This document shows positions 11,433 to 22,013 of a stretch of 64,000 nt of DNA, one piece after another. The stretch lies in NCBI GenBank assembly GCA_963823655.1, contig CAWGMK010000012.1:103028-167027 (forward strand), written 5' to 3'. The stretch's first letter is position 1, and each line of letters starts with the position of its first letter. The position numbers and the translations under genes were made by a program. This DNA is from an uncultured Bacillota bacterium. Lineage in GTDB: Bacteria; Bacillota; DTU025; MWDF01. Below the pieces are notes generated by a model. That model was not told where the DNA came from. It ran no database searches and worked only from the letters and a program-made list of their open reading frames with translations.

Positions 11433-12529
11433 ATGCTACAAAGCAAGGGAATGAAAAGCATATGGCTGGTCGCGGCGCTGCTGGTGGTAGGGGCGTCCCT
11501 TTGGGCTACGCTTTCCACCGGGCACATGGAGAAGCACGGCAGGTATGAGGATATGCTAGCTGCTGCGAACAAGATGATCGAGGCAACTGAAGCAGTAAAG
11601 GGCATGAGGCTGGGCCTGGGCATTGCGATTAGCAACGAGGACGATCCGAACTGCGACTGGGATAATCGGGCAGGAGCTCACCGATATTACGACAACGGTG
11701 GGCAATCTTCAATCCAAGAGGACGTCCACGAACCCGGACTTCGCGGCCCTTACGGTGAGATACTTCGACGAGCTGGGGCTAGTAGCAGGGGGATAAGGTC
11801 GCGGTGGGGGCTTCAGGCTCCTTCCCGGGGATAATACTGTCGGTGCTTTCGGCGTGCTATGTTACCGGCGTTGAGCCGATCATTATTCCTTCCATCGGCG
11901 CTTCCGAATACGGGGCAAATGTGCCGGGCGTCACATCGGTTGAGATGATAGACGGTCTGAGGGCGGCAGGGGTGTTCGACTATGTGCCTGCGGCCATTTC
12001 GCTTGGCGGGGCAGGGGACACGGGGGCGGGCGGGATAATCGCAGATGCAGAGCCCATATTAAGAGGCATCGCCGAGAGGTCGGGGCACAGGATAATCGAG
12101 CCCGTGGACGCTGTGGACAGCATAGGGCAGCGCCTGGCGATTTATGAAGCGATGGGGGAAATGAAGGCGTTTATAAACATAGGGGGAGCGGAGCCCAACT
12201 TCGGCTCGACGTCGGCATCGCTCGAGTTTTCAAACGGCTTAGTGCTGAAGCCTCCGGTGAAGGTGAATTCCCCTGATATGGGGCTCATATATGAGTACAG
12301 CAACCGAGGGGTGCCGGTGATACACTTCCTTGACATAAAGGGCCTGGCGATAAAGAGCGGCATACCGGTGGACCCGATACCGCTGCCGGAGCCGGGCACC
12401 AGTATGGTATATTACCAGAAGGAATACAGCAAGTTGCTGGCGGCGATCGGGCTCATAGCAGGGTTTGCGATGCTGGGGCTGCCGGTGTTGCTAAACAGGT
12501 GGAGGGCAATTGGCAAAAGGCAGGGTTGA
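11433..12529 (+). CDS. pgsW: poly-gamma-glutamate system protein (PgsW-like); 2 frameshifts
   Basis: after pgsC; DDPN.TG, T.G.L.SKRTSTNPDFAA (alternate frame), GASGSFPG, SIGASEYGAN, AFINIGG, GVPVIH. Confidence 0.8.
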
Positions 12530-13478
12530 GCTGACTAGGACGAGGAGGATGGTCCTTCTCGCCATGCTTCTGGCGCTGGGGGTGGGCCTTCACGCGCTTG
12601 AGGCGGTCATTCCCGTGCCCATAGCGCTGCCGGGCGCAAAGCTGGGTATCGCCAACATCGTCACGCTCGTCTGTCTTTATGCGCTAGGCCCCGTAAACGC
12701 GATCTTCCTCGCGGTGGCCAGGGTTCTTCTGGGAAGCCTTGTTACTGGCACATTCGGCTCGACGGCGTTCTTCATGGCGATGTCGGGGGCGGTCGGCAGC
12801 GGGCTCATGATGGCGGCATTCAGGGCTGTCACAGGTAGGAAGGGCAAGCTGATAGCAGCCTGCTCCATGGTGGGGGCGGTCTCGCACAACGTGTTCCAGC
12901 TGGGGATGTTCATGCTGATATCGGGCACTTCCAAGGTGTTCGTCATGCTGCCTTATCTTCTGGCAGTCGCCCTTCCCACCGGTTACTTCACCGGCCTTGC
13001 CGGAGTCTACGCATTCCTTGCCATTAGGCGCATGCCCGGCTTCAAGCTGAAGGGCGAGGAGCTTTCGGCAGCTTACGGAAGGCGCTCGCTTATTGGCACT
13101 GCCGCCGTCATGGTGCTGCTGGGGCTTCTGGCATGGGGCGCCATAGTGCTGTCCGACAGGATGGCGCAGGCGAGAGTCGGGTCTGAGGGCGGCATGTATA
13201 TTGAGATAAAGAAGTTCAGCCTGGGCTCCGAAAGAGGGGAGCCCGCAGCAAGTTACCCCTGGCCGCCCGTCCCCGGGCAGATAGCGGAAGGGCAGTTCAG
13301 CCTGGCCGGGAGAATTGGGGAATCCGTGCTTGAATATGACGAGGAGCTGGGGATACGTTTCATTTCATCGCCCTGCCCGGACAAGCTGTGCGTGAAGCAC
13401 GGCTGGGTTAACGACGAGATGGACCTTGCGGCATGCCTTCCTAACGGCCTTGTGGTGACTGTTGAGGGCGGAAAGTAA
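12510..13478 (+). CDS. Gx transporter (HepS-like component I) fused to NusG domain II
   Basis: N-half LEAVIP..PGAKLGIANIVTL...GAVSHNVFQL; C-half SPCPDKLCVKHGW...ACLPNGLVV. Confidence 0.8.
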   Translation: MAKGRVELTRTRRMVLLAMLLALGVGLHALEAVIPVPIALPGAKLGIANIVTLVCLYALGPVNAIFLAVARVLLGSLVTGTFGSTAFFMAMSGAVGSGLMMAAFRAVTGRKGKLIAACSMVGAVSHNVFQLGMFMLISGTSKVFVMLPYLLAVALPTGYFTGLAGVYAFLAIRRMPGFKLKGEELSAAYGRRSLIGTAAVMVLLGLLAWGAIVLSDRMAQARVGSEGGMYIEIKKFSLGSERGEPAASYPWPPVPGQIAEGQFSLAGRIGESVLEYDEELGIRFISSPCPDKLCVKHGWVNDEMDLAACLPNGLVVTVEGGK

Positions 13479-13524
13479 GTAATAAGTAAGAAGACATGGG
13501 AAATTGCTGGCAATAAGGATTGGA

Positions 13525-13557
13525 ACAGGCCCGGACCTTGATGATGTCCGGGCCTGT
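13525..13557. terminator. hairpin terminator (repeat-family copy 1)
   Basis: 12-bp IR ACAGGCCCGGAC/GTCCGGGCCTGT between convergent operons. Confidence 0.75.
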
Positions 13558-13610
13558 ATTATATGAATCAGTGATGAAATGCGCTTATTGGGCTCCAAAT
13601 CCGCCTCAGA

Positions 13611-13802
13611 TTAAGCATCAGTCTTTTCTTTGAATTCCTCAGGAACGTATTTGCCGCTCTTGTTTCGCTGGCGGACGCATTCGGTCAGCAGATACTCGAT
13701 CTGCCCGTTGACTGAGCGAAAGTCAGCTTGAGCCCAGGCTTCGATCTGCTCGTACAGGCGGGCAGAAAGGCGCAAAGGAACCTGTTTCCTCCCGCCGTCC
13801 AT
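13611..13802 (-). CDS. Arc-like ribbon-helix-helix DNA-binding protein
   Basis: [32 protein letters not shown]; directly downstream of the SPFH gene. Confidence 0.85.
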   Translation of the reverse strand: MDGGRKQVPLRLSARLYEQIEAWAQADFRSVNGQIEYLLTECVRQRNKSGKYVPEEFKEKTDA

Positions 13803-13803
13803 G

Positions 13804-14829
13804 TTAGTACAGGCTGCCGCTGTTCACAACGGGCTGGGCGTCCCTGTTGCCACACAGCACGACAAGCAAGTTGGACACCATGGCTGCCTTGCGCTCATCA
13901 TCCAGTTCGACTATATGGTTTGCGCTGAGCTTCTGAAGGGCCAGCTCCACCATGCCGACCGCGCCGTCGACGATCATCTTCCTTGCGTCGATTATCGCGC
14001 TTGCCTGCTGGCGCTGCAGCATAACGGCTGCAATCTCCTGCGCATATGCCAGGTAGGTTATCCGGGCTTCAATTATCTCAAGGCCGGCATCTTGCACCTT
14101 GGAGTGTATCTCGGCCCTGATGCGCTCAGCCACCACGCCGCTTGAACCGCGCAGGCTGCCCTCGTCAGGCTGGCCGTCGCCGGTCGTGTCGACATTGGGG
14201 GCGATATCATAAGGATAGATGCGCACGATGTTGCGAAGGGCGCTGTCGCACTGCAGCGACAGGTACTCCTTATAGTTGTCCACATTGAAGACGGCCTTAG
14301 CGGTATCTACCACACGCCACATGACGGCTATGCCGATATCCACGGGATTGCCCAGGGTATCGTTGACTTTCTGCCTTGCGTTGTTGAGGGTCATCACTTT
14401 CAGCGATATGCTCTTGCTGCCCATGGCTTCCATCGCTTCAGCGCCATTGGCCGCCGTCCGGACGTCTTTGCGCCCATGCCCGTTGTCTACATCCCCGCTT
14501 TGCCCAAGCCTGGTCTTCGCGGCGGGGTTTATAGCCGAGCTGAAGGGGTGCACGTAGAAGAAGCCAGAATCCTTGAGCGTGCCCAAATACTTGCCGAAGA
14601 GCGTTAGCACAAGGGCTTCATTAGGCCTTACGATTTTCAGCCCTATGAACGGGATGAATCCGATTGTGAGCCAAATGACGCCAAAAACCATGGCCAAAGT
14701 GCCGAAGCCATTGCCGGCCTCAAGCAGAACGCCGCCATATATGACCGAAGCAATCGCCAGTAAGTAGAGCACTATTCCACCTATTAAAACAGGCATGCCC
14801 TGCCTGGCTTTGAGAACCTTTTCCTGCAT
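13804..14829 (-). CDS. SPFH/band 7 domain membrane protein
   Basis: 2 TM then [61 protein letters not shown]. Confidence 0.92.
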   Translation of the reverse strand: MQEKVLKARQGMPVLIGGIVLYLLAIASVIYGGVLLEAGNGFGTLAMVFGVIWLTIGFIPFIGLKIVRPNEALVLTLFGKYLGTLKDSGFFYVHPFSSAINPAAKTRLGQSGDVDNGHGRKDVRTAANGAEAMEAMGSKSISLKVMTLNNARQKVNDTLGNPVDIGIAVMWRVVDTAKAVFNVDNYKEYLSLQCDSALRNIVRIYPYDIAPNVDTTGDGQPDEGSLRGSSGVVAERIRAEIHSKVQDAGLEIIEARITYLAYAQEIAAVMLQRQQASAIIDARKMIVDGAVGMVELALQKLSANHIVELDDERKAAMVSNLLVVLCGNRDAQPVVNSGSLY

Positions 14830-14856
14830 ATCATCCTACCTCCCTATATCTTAGTA

Positions 14857-14898
14857 ATATCATAATGATATCATAATCGCGACGATACGGATTGTCAA
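14857..14898 (-). promoter_or_regulatory. sigma70 promoter overlapped by ATATCATAAT repeats (putative RHH operator)
   Basis: minus TTGACA(14898-14893)-N17-TATGAT(14875-14870); ATATCATAAT x2 containing palindrome ATGATATCAT. Confidence 0.65.
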
Positions 14899-14937
14899 AT
14901 GGGGGTTAGAGGTTTATTTTGCGACATGGATATAAGA

Positions 14938-14965
14938 AGGCCCGGATCATCAAAATCCGGGCCTG
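14938..14965 (-). terminator. katA terminator (repeat-family copy 2)
   Basis: IR AGGCCCGGAT/ATCCGGGCCT followed on the minus strand by TCTT. Confidence 0.7.
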
Positions 14966-14992
14966 AGCTTAGCCTATAGTGTCAAAGCTTCG

Positions 14993-16456
14993 TTATTTGA
15001 CTTCGCTTAGAGGTATTCCAAGGGCTTTGGCAACGCCCTTGCCGTATGCGGGGTCCGCCTTCAGGCAGTTGCCGATGTGCCTCAGCTTGATCTCCTTCGG
15101 GGCGTCGCCCATGGCCCTTGCCGTGTTCTCGAAGAGGACCTTCTGCTGCGCTGGGCTCATCAGCCTGAACAGCTTGCCGGGCTGGGTGTAATAGTCATCG
15201 TCGTCCTCGCGGAAGTCCCAGTTGTAGGCGTCACCGTAGAGCTTCAGCACCGGCTCGTTGAACTTGGGCTGCTCCTGCCACTTGCCGTAGCTGTTGGGCT
15301 CGTAGCCTATGGTGGAGCCGGCGTTGGAGTTGACCCTCATCTGGCCGTCCCTGTGGTAGCTGTTGACCGGGCAGCGGGGGGCGTTCACCGGTATCTGGTG
15401 GTGGTTTACGCCGAGCCTGTAGCGCTGCGCGTCGCCGTAGGAGAAGAGCCTTCCGTGGAGCATCTTGTCGGGGGAGAAGCCTATGCCGGGGACGATGTTC
15501 GCCGGGTTGAAGGCCGCCTGCTCGACTTCTGCGAAGTAGTTCTCGGGGTTGCGGTTAAGCTCGAAGTAGCCGACCTCGATGAGGGGGAACTCCTTCTTGA
15601 ACCACACCTTGGTCAGGTCGAATGGGTTGTAGGGCATCTTGAGCGCCTGCTCCTCGGTCATGACCTGGATGAACATCTTCCAGCGCGGGAACTCGCCGCG
15701 GTCTATGGCCTCCAAAAGGTCCTTCTGGTGGCTTTCGCGGTCCTTGGCCACGATGGCCTCGGCCTGCTGGTCGGTCAGGGTCTTGATGCCCTGCTGGCAT
15801 ACAAGGTGGAACTTCACCCAGACGCGCTCGTTCTTGGCGTTGATCATGCTGAAGGTGTGGCTGCCGAAGCCGTGCATGTGCCTGTAGGAAAGGGGAATGC
15901 CCCTGTCGCTCATGGTGATGGTCACCTGATGCAAGGCCTCAGGCAGCGAGCTCCAGAAGTCCCAGTTGTTCTTCGCGCTTCTCATATTGGTCCTGGGGTC
16001 GCGCTTTACCGCGTGGTTGAGATCGGGGAACTTGAGGGGGTCTCTCAGGAAGAAGACGGGCGTGTTGTTGCCCACCAGGTCCCAGTTGCCCTCCTCGGTG
16101 TAGAACTTCATCGCGAAGCCGCGTATGTCGCGCTCTGCGTCTGCCGCGCCGCGCTCGCCTGCCACTGTTGAGAAGCGGACGAACATGTCGGTCTGCTTGC
16201 CGATTTTGGAGAAGATCGCAGCCTTCGAGTACTTGGTGATGTCGTGCGTGACGGTGAATGTGCCGTAGGCGCCTGAGCCTTTGGCGTGCATCCTGCGCTC
16301 GGGGATTACTTCCCTGTCGAAATGGGCGAGCTTCTCAAGAAACCAAACATCCTGAAGCAGCATGGGGCCTCTTGGGCCCGCGGTCTTGGCGTTCTGGTTG
16401 TCGGCCACCGGCGCTCCGGCGACTGTCGTCAGCTTCTCCTTCTTCACCTTGTCCAT
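14993..16456 (-). CDS. katA: monofunctional heme catalase
   Basis: [51 protein letters not shown]. Confidence 0.97.
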   Translation of the reverse strand: MDKVKKEKLTTVAGAPVADNQNAKTAGPRGPMLLQDVWFLEKLAHFDREVIPERRMHAKGSGAYGTFTVTHDITKYSKAAIFSKIGKQTDMFVRFSTVAGERGAADAERDIRGFAMKFYTEEGNWDLVGNNTPVFFLRDPLKFPDLNHAVKRDPRTNMRSAKNNWDFWSSLPEALHQVTITMSDRGIPLSYRHMHGFGSHTFSMINAKNERVWVKFHLVCQQGIKTLTDQQAEAIVAKDRESHQKDLLEAIDRGEFPRWKMFIQVMTEEQALKMPYNPFDLTKVWFKKEFPLIEVGYFELNRNPENYFAEVEQAAFNPANIVPGIGFSPDKMLHGRLFSYGDAQRYRLGVNHHQIPVNAPRCPVNSYHRDGQMRVNSNAGSTIGYEPNSYGKWQEQPKFNEPVLKLYGDAYNWDFREDDDDYYTQPGKLFRLMSPAQQKVLFENTARAMGDAPKEIKLRHIGNCLKADPAYGKGVAKALGIPLSEVK

Positions 16457-16469
16457 TTATTGGCCTCCT

Positions 16470-16891
16470 TCATTCGTCTTTACTTGAACAATCGCTGCAT
16501 TTACCCCTGAAATAAACATCTTTGGAATTTACTTTGAACCCGTCGAGCCCTCCGGCTTTGAAATCCTCAACATTGATCTGGAAGTTGTAGATGCGCCCGC
16601 ATTCATCGCATTTGAAGTGCCCGTGGCTTTCGGTCGTCGCGTCGAACCTCGCCTCTTTGTCCTCTATGCTAATCTCCCTTGCGAGGCCCGCCTCCACTAA
16701 GGCATATAGGGCATTGTAGACCGTAGCTTTGGATAAGGGACGGCAGCTCCTTAGCCAGGGCTTTGTAGATCTCATCGGCGGTCGGGTGCCTCTCGCCGCA
16801 GCAGAGGTACTCGAGAACCCTTATGCGCTGTTGGGATGCGCGAAGCCCCTTTTCGGCCAGCTTCTCATATAGATCTGCTGTAATCGCCCAT
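16470..16891 (-). CDS. perR: PerR-like Fur-family repressor; frameshifts near 16888 and 16735
   Basis: GLRASQQR..VLEYL...HPTADEIY upstream of SKATVYNAL...HGHFKCDECG...GKCSDC; directly upstream of katA. Confidence 0.85.
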
Positions 16892-16934
16892 CTAGAGGTG
16901 CCTTCTTCCGAAGTAAATTATATTTGTTATTATA

Positions 16935-16981
16935 TTGTAATGATTATAATTTATTATCCCATTTGAAAGTCGGGGTGTCAA
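16935..16981 (-). promoter_or_regulatory. sigma70 promoter plus Per box
   Basis: minus TTGACA-N17-GATAAT (16981-16953), then TTATAATCATTACAA (16949-16935), 1 mismatch to TTATAATNATTATAA. Confidence 0.75.
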
Positions 16982-17085
16982 TGTCAGAGGGGGATTGCAC
17001 GAAGCCTCTCATCCTCCATAAAACCTCCACATTTGATATGTAAGATGAAACCAGAGACCAAGAAAAATAAGGAGGAACAACATTA

Positions 17086-17676
17086 ATGAAGAGATTTGGC
17101 GTAATGGCATTGGTTCTGGCAATGGTAGCCGTTGCCGCAATGGGAATCTACGTAGCAGCAGCAGATGAAGCGCCCGGCATGCAGCAGGGCAAGCCCGCGG
17201 CAGTAGTCGCACCGGTAGCCCAGGCTCAGGCCTTCACATACAAGCACCCCCTCGAGATCCTGGCGGAAGTCTCCGGCAAGAGCCTCGATGAGGTAAGGAC
17301 GCTTGTAGCGGGCAAGGGCGTATGGGAAGTAGTCGAGGAGCTCAAAGTCGTTGACAAGTTCACCAAGGCTTTCTCGGATTACAAGCTCGCCATGGTAGAT
17401 TATATGGTCAGCGTCGGCAAGGTAAGCAAGGAAGACGCGGCGGCCTTTAAAACAGAGTTTGCGGCAAAAGTAGCAGCCGGCGAGCTTGGCAAGGATTTTG
17501 CCGGCGAGTGCGGGCTTAACCTCGGTATGGGTGCCGGTCGCGGCATGATGGGCGGTCGCGGAGGCAACGGCGGTTGCGGCGGCTGCGGAATGAACGGTAA
17601 CACCAATACTACAGGCAAGGGCTTCGGCGGCAACACTGTCCAGAGGCAGGGAATGATGGGCGGACGCTGGAACTAA
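17086..17676 (+). CDS. exported protein with Gly/Met/Cys-rich tail (YckD/DUF2680-like)
   Basis: AGGAGG RBS, signal peptide, helical core ending MVSVGKVSKEDA, tail GMGAGRGMMGG..GCGGCG. Confidence 0.75.
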   Translation: MKRFGVMALVLAMVAVAAMGIYVAAADEAPGMQQGKPAAVVAPVAQAQAFTYKHPLEILAEVSGKSLDEVRTLVAGKGVWEVVEELKVVDKFTKAFSDYKLAMVDYMVSVGKVSKEDAAAFKTEFAAKVAAGELGKDFAGECGLNLGMGAGRGMMGGRGGNGGCGGCGMNGNTNTTGKGFGGNTVQRQGMMGGRWN

Positions 17677-17698
17677 GCTGACAGGATAACGGTTCTTT

Positions 17699-17731
17699 GG
17701 CGGGGTCTCGTATGAGGCCCCGTCTTTTTTT
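17699..17731 (+). terminator. intrinsic terminator
   Basis: GGCGGGGTCTC/GAGGCCCCGTC followed by T7. Confidence 0.8.
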
Positions 17732-17891
17732 GTCCTGGTGTAGAGCAGGGTGCAGCTCGTATGGAAGGGTTGCTGCCAAGGCTTGTGAAGTTATCAAGAA
17801 AGGCTTCCAGCTGCTTCCATTGTGCGAATGTTGTTGATTTTATTATTAAGAGGAATAGAATGAATGAGTGCCAAAGAAAGAAGATGGCAAT

Positions 17892-19786
17892 ATGTCATTA
17901 GTAAAGGCATTCAAGAAGAGCTTAAGGGCAAAGATACTATTAGGGTACCTAATCATAATCGGCATCCTGATGTTGGTCAGCTTGTGGGTCATATTCAGCA
18001 CTGTTGCGATAAACAGGGCTGTTGAAGACATCACCATCGACAGCTACAGAAGCCTTGCTGCCGTCCACGGCATGCTAAGCTCGCTGGACAAGCAGAACAT
18101 GGCCCAGTCGGGCATGTTCATCGACGAGGAGTTCGAGGACAACGAACAGATCTACTGGCAGGCAGATAAGTCATTCAGGCTGAGCCTTGCACAAGCACAG
18201 AACAACATAACCTACCCGGGGAGTCCGAGGCGCTCTCTGAAGTGTCCGACCAATACGACCTATATTCCAGGAGCATGATCAAGACGAGGACCTATATCCT
18301 CTCCGATAAGCTTGCAGAGGCTGCACTAGAGCATAGGACCGCCTCCGAGGCGTATGCTAAGATCACAAGCGCCCTGGAATCCCTTTACTCCATCAACCAG
18401 GACTATATGGAGAAATCCACCGACAACGCAAAGACGATTGCAGGCAGGGCCATAACTTCGGCTGTTGCAGTCAGCATAATCGGGCTAATCATTGCCCTTT
18501 ATCTGGGCTATACCGTCTCCAATATAATAATCAGGCCCACTAAGATACTTACCGAGAGCGCAAAGAAGGTCGCACTCGGCGAGCTTGGCACGGTCGCAGA
18601 CGTCGGCTCCGAGGACGAGATAGGCTCCCTTGCAAATGAGTTCAACATCATGACCAGAAAGCTCAGGGAGTACGACGAGGCCAACATCGACAAGCTGGTT
18701 ACCGAGCAGCGCAAGTCGGAGGCGATAATCGGAAGCATCGCGGACCCGATAATCGTCCTGGATAAGTCCATGAGGTGCCTGAAAGTGAACAGGGCAGCGA
18801 TGACTGCTTTCGGCCACGAGGGGCAGGAGGCGCTGGGCAAGCACATATTGGAGCTTATAGACGACCGCATCGCGCTTGAGACCGCGCAGAAATGCCTTGA
18901 GCGCAACCGGGTGCTATCGTTCAGCGGCACGAAGAGGATAATCAGCCTTCCGGACGGGGAGAAGCAGAAGTATTACAGGATAGAGGCGGCGCCTTTCGGA
19001 GACGTCGGCGACAGGCCCCAGGGCGTCATACTCTATTTCGCGGACGTGACCTACTTCAAGGAAGTCGACAAGCTCAAGACCGATTTCGTCTCGACGGCCT
19101 CACATGAGTTCAGGACCCCGCTTGCATCCATGGTCATGGCGGTGGAGCTGCTCTTGGAGGAGAAGGCCGGCCCGCTTACCGACAAGCAGAGGAAGCTGAC
19201 CGGCATAGTCAGGGAGGACTGCTCAAGGCTTCAGGAGCTGGTAAGCGAGCTTCTGGACATCTCCAAGCTGGAGTCGGGCAAGATGAGCTTCAACCTGGGG
19301 CCTGTGTCCTTGAATGAGGCCTTCACATCGGCTGCAGTCTCCCTGCTGCCCCTTTTCAAGGACAAGGACGTCGAGCTCATAGTCGACGATGCGGCGGATA
19401 TGCCGCCGGTATATGCGGATTCGAAGAAGCTGTCGCTTGTGATCAGCAACCTGCTGTCCAACGCGCTAAGGTACACGGACGCGGGCGGCAGCGTGAAGAT
19501 AAGCTCCGAGAACATGGGCTCTGTCGTCAGGATCGATATCGTCGACACGGGGATCGGCATACCTGAGAGCGTCCAGGCGAGGGTGTTCGAGAGGTTCTTC
19601 CAGATGCAAGGGGACGAGAAACACAGGGCGGGTGGCGCAGGCTTAGGCCTTGCCCTCGTCAAGGAGATAGTCGAGGCGATGGGCGGGAAAGTAGAGCTCA
19701 AAAGCAAAGAGGGGGAGGGCTCGAAGTTCAGCTTCACGCTCAATGCCATAAGCAAGCCGGACAGGATCGGTGGAGAGATTTCATGA
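17892..19786 (+). CDS. sensor histidine kinase (4HB-HAMP-PAS-HisKA-HATPase, KinB-like); frameshift near 18235
   Basis: HAMP DEIGSLANEFNIM, H box SHEFRTPL, N box NLLSNALRYT, G boxes DTGIGI and GAGLGL. Confidence 0.9.
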
Positions 19787-20154
19787 AGAAGATACTGATT
19801 GCGGAAGATTCGCCAAATATTGCTGCCATGGTGGGCCTGTGCCTTGAAGACGAGGGCTATGCCGTGATTAGCCAGGAGGACGGCATAAACGCATTAAGGT
19901 CCATATATGACGATAAGCCGGACCTGGTGCTGCTGGACCTGGTGCTGCCCAGGATGAGCGGCCTTCTAATACTTAGGACTTTGAGGGAGAACCCGGCGAC
20001 GAAGGATCTGCCGGTGATAGTAATAAGCGCAAAATCCCAGAAGGAAGACATACAGGAGGCATATGGCCAAGGGGCTGACGACTATCTGGTCAAACCGTTT
20101 ACGCCGGCTGAACTGCTAAGCCATATTTCAAGCCTCATTGGGGAGGGAAAATGA
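19783..20154 (+). CDS. single-domain response regulator
   Basis: ILIAED, PDLVLLDLVLP, GADDYLVKPF. Confidence 0.92.
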   Translation: MKKILIAEDSPNIAAMVGLCLEDEGYAVISQEDGINALRSIYDDKPDLVLLDLVLPRMSGLLILRTLRENPATKDLPVIVISAKSQKEDIQEAYGQGADDYLVKPFTPAELLSHISSLIGEGK

Positions 20155-20845
20155 TGAACATACTCATAGTTGACGACGACAGGAACATCAGGGCGATGAT
20201 CAGAGAGTGCCTCGAACAGGAGGGCACGTCCATCGACGAGGCTATAACAGGAGAGCAGGCGATAGACAAGGTGGACGCCGCTCCCAAGCCATATGACGTG
20301 GTCCTGCTCGATATGAAGATGCCCGGAATGGGCGGCATGCAGGCGCTCAGGCACATGAAGATCGCACACCCGGGGCTGCAAGTCGTGATGATCACAGCCT
20401 ACGGCACGGTCGAGACGGCAGTCGAGGCGATAAAACTCGGCGCCGTCGACTACCTGAGGAAGCCGTTTACCCCCAATGCAGTAAGGGCGATCGTCCAGCA
20501 GGTGGCAGCAAGGCCGAAGCTTCCGACGGTGCGGCCGAGACCGACTACACGAAAGTGAAGGCAAGCCGCGACGAGATGATATCCGCAGTGAAGAACCTGC
20601 TGGTATACGGGAAGGCCGAGGATGCCATGGCGCTGTTGCAGAGGATTGTCGGCGAAAACCCCGATGATCCGGAGGCATACAACCTTCTGGGCCTTCTAAT
20701 GGAGGTCAAGGGCGACATGCTGGCGGCGCAAAGGATGTACAGGGCGGCTTTGGGGCTGGATCCGACTTACGAACCTGCAAGGGAGAACCTGGCCAATACC
20801 ACCGAGATGAAGTACAGGAGCCAGAACATACAGAAGATAAAGTAG
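20151..20845 (+). CDS. response regulator with C-terminal TPR; frameshift near 20520
   Basis: REC ILIVDDD...LLDMKMPG...DYLRKPF; TPR PEAYNLLGLLME...YRAALGLDPTYEPARENL; one added T joins the two ORFs. Confidence 0.8.
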
Positions 20846-20899
20846 GAAGGCCGCGCGGTGGCCGATCCGCGCTTTTCGTAAGGATTGAGGTGCAGACAT

Positions 20900-21334
20900 A
20901 TGTATATTGTAATCGCAGGCTGCGGCAGGCTGGGCTCCCACCTGGCAGCGTCCATGTCCGGCAAAGGGCATGATATTGCGATAATTGACAGCGATTCTGG
21001 AAACTTCGCAAAGCTAGAGCCCGATTTCGACGGGATAACCATAACCGGCGTGCCGATAGACGAGGATGTCTTAAAGAAGGCCGGCATTGAAAAAGCTGAT
21101 GTGCTCGCAGCCGTCACCAACGACGACAACTTGAATATCATGGCGGCGCAGATAGCCAGCAGGATATTCAAAGTAAAAAGCGTGTTCGTGCGCATCGGCG
21201 ACCCGAAGAAAGAGGAGTTCTACAAGAGCAATTTCGGCCTGAATACACTCTCTTTGATCATGTTCGGCTCCGAATACATCGAGGACATGATAGAGGGGCA
21301 TTCGAGCCTGCATGGCGAGGAGGGTGTACGTTGA
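20900..21334 (+). CDS. trkA: TrkA-N (RCK) potassium-uptake regulatory protein
   Basis: IVIAGCGRLG, LKKAGIEKAD..AAVTNDDNLN. Confidence 0.88.
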   Translation: MYIVIAGCGRLGSHLAASMSGKGHDIAIIDSDSGNFAKLEPDFDGITITGVPIDEDVLKKAGIEKADVLAAVTNDDNLNIMAAQIASRIFKVKSVFVRIGDPKKEEFYKSNFGLNTLSLIMFGSEYIEDMIEGHSSLHGEEGVR

Positions 21335-21987
21335 ACATTGTAATCATAGGCGGGGGCAAGGTCGGATACTACCTTGTAAAGACCCTTACAGAAAGCGGAA
21401 GGCACAGCATCACCCTTCTTGAGAAGGACGCCGAGAGGTGTTCGGATATCGCCGAGGAGCTGGACTGCCTGGTCATCAGGGCCGACGGTACGGACATCAA
21501 CGCGCTGGCGCAGGCGGGGGTGGACGACGCCGACGTGTTAGTAGCGGTATCTGGACAGGACCAGGACAACCTGGTGGCCTGCCAGATCGCAAAGACCAAG
21601 TACGGCATCAGCAAGACAATAGCCAGGGTCAACAACCCCAAGAACCACGAGGTCTTCAAGCTCCTGGGGGTGGACGGCACAGTAAGCAGCACGGGCATAA
21701 TCGCCCAGCTTATCGAGGGCGAGCTCACTTCCGGGGATATCCATACTCTCCTCAGGTTCGAAGGCGGGGAGCTGGAGCTGGTGGAAGTGGTCATTGAAGA
21801 GGGCTCGAAGAAGGCGGGCAAGGCAATATCCGCCCTCGGGCTTCCCAAGGACTGCATCATAGTTACGATCTATAGGGCAGGCAAGGTGATCATCCCGACG
21901 GGGGCCACTGTCATACAAGGCGGGGACAAGGTTGTGGCGCTCACCTTCCCTGGCAAGAAGAAGAACCTGAGAAGCCTGTTCGCGTGA
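21331..21987 (+). CDS. trkA: TrkA (RCK-N plus RCK-C)
   Basis: IIGGGKVG, DQDNLVACQIAK, IARVNNPKN, C-domain IIPTGATVIQGGD. Confidence 0.92.
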   Translation: MNIVIIGGGKVGYYLVKTLTESGRHSITLLEKDAERCSDIAEELDCLVIRADGTDINALAQAGVDDADVLVAVSGQDQDNLVACQIAKTKYGISKTIARVNNPKNHEVFKLLGVDGTVSSTGIIAQLIEGELTSGDIHTLLRFEGGELELVEVVIEEGSKKAGKAISALGLPKDCIIVTIYRAGKVIIPTGATVIQGGDKVVALTFPGKKKNLRSLFA

Positions 21988-22013
21988 CGAGGTGGTATAG
22001 ATGATCGAATTCG

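Noticed and set aside
15077-16171. 364-aa ORF antisense to katA (and similar long shadow ORFs, e.g. 2265-3038, 27642-28406, 56728-57744)
   Set aside because: Antisense shadows of strongly GC3-biased real genes; no motifs or RBS.
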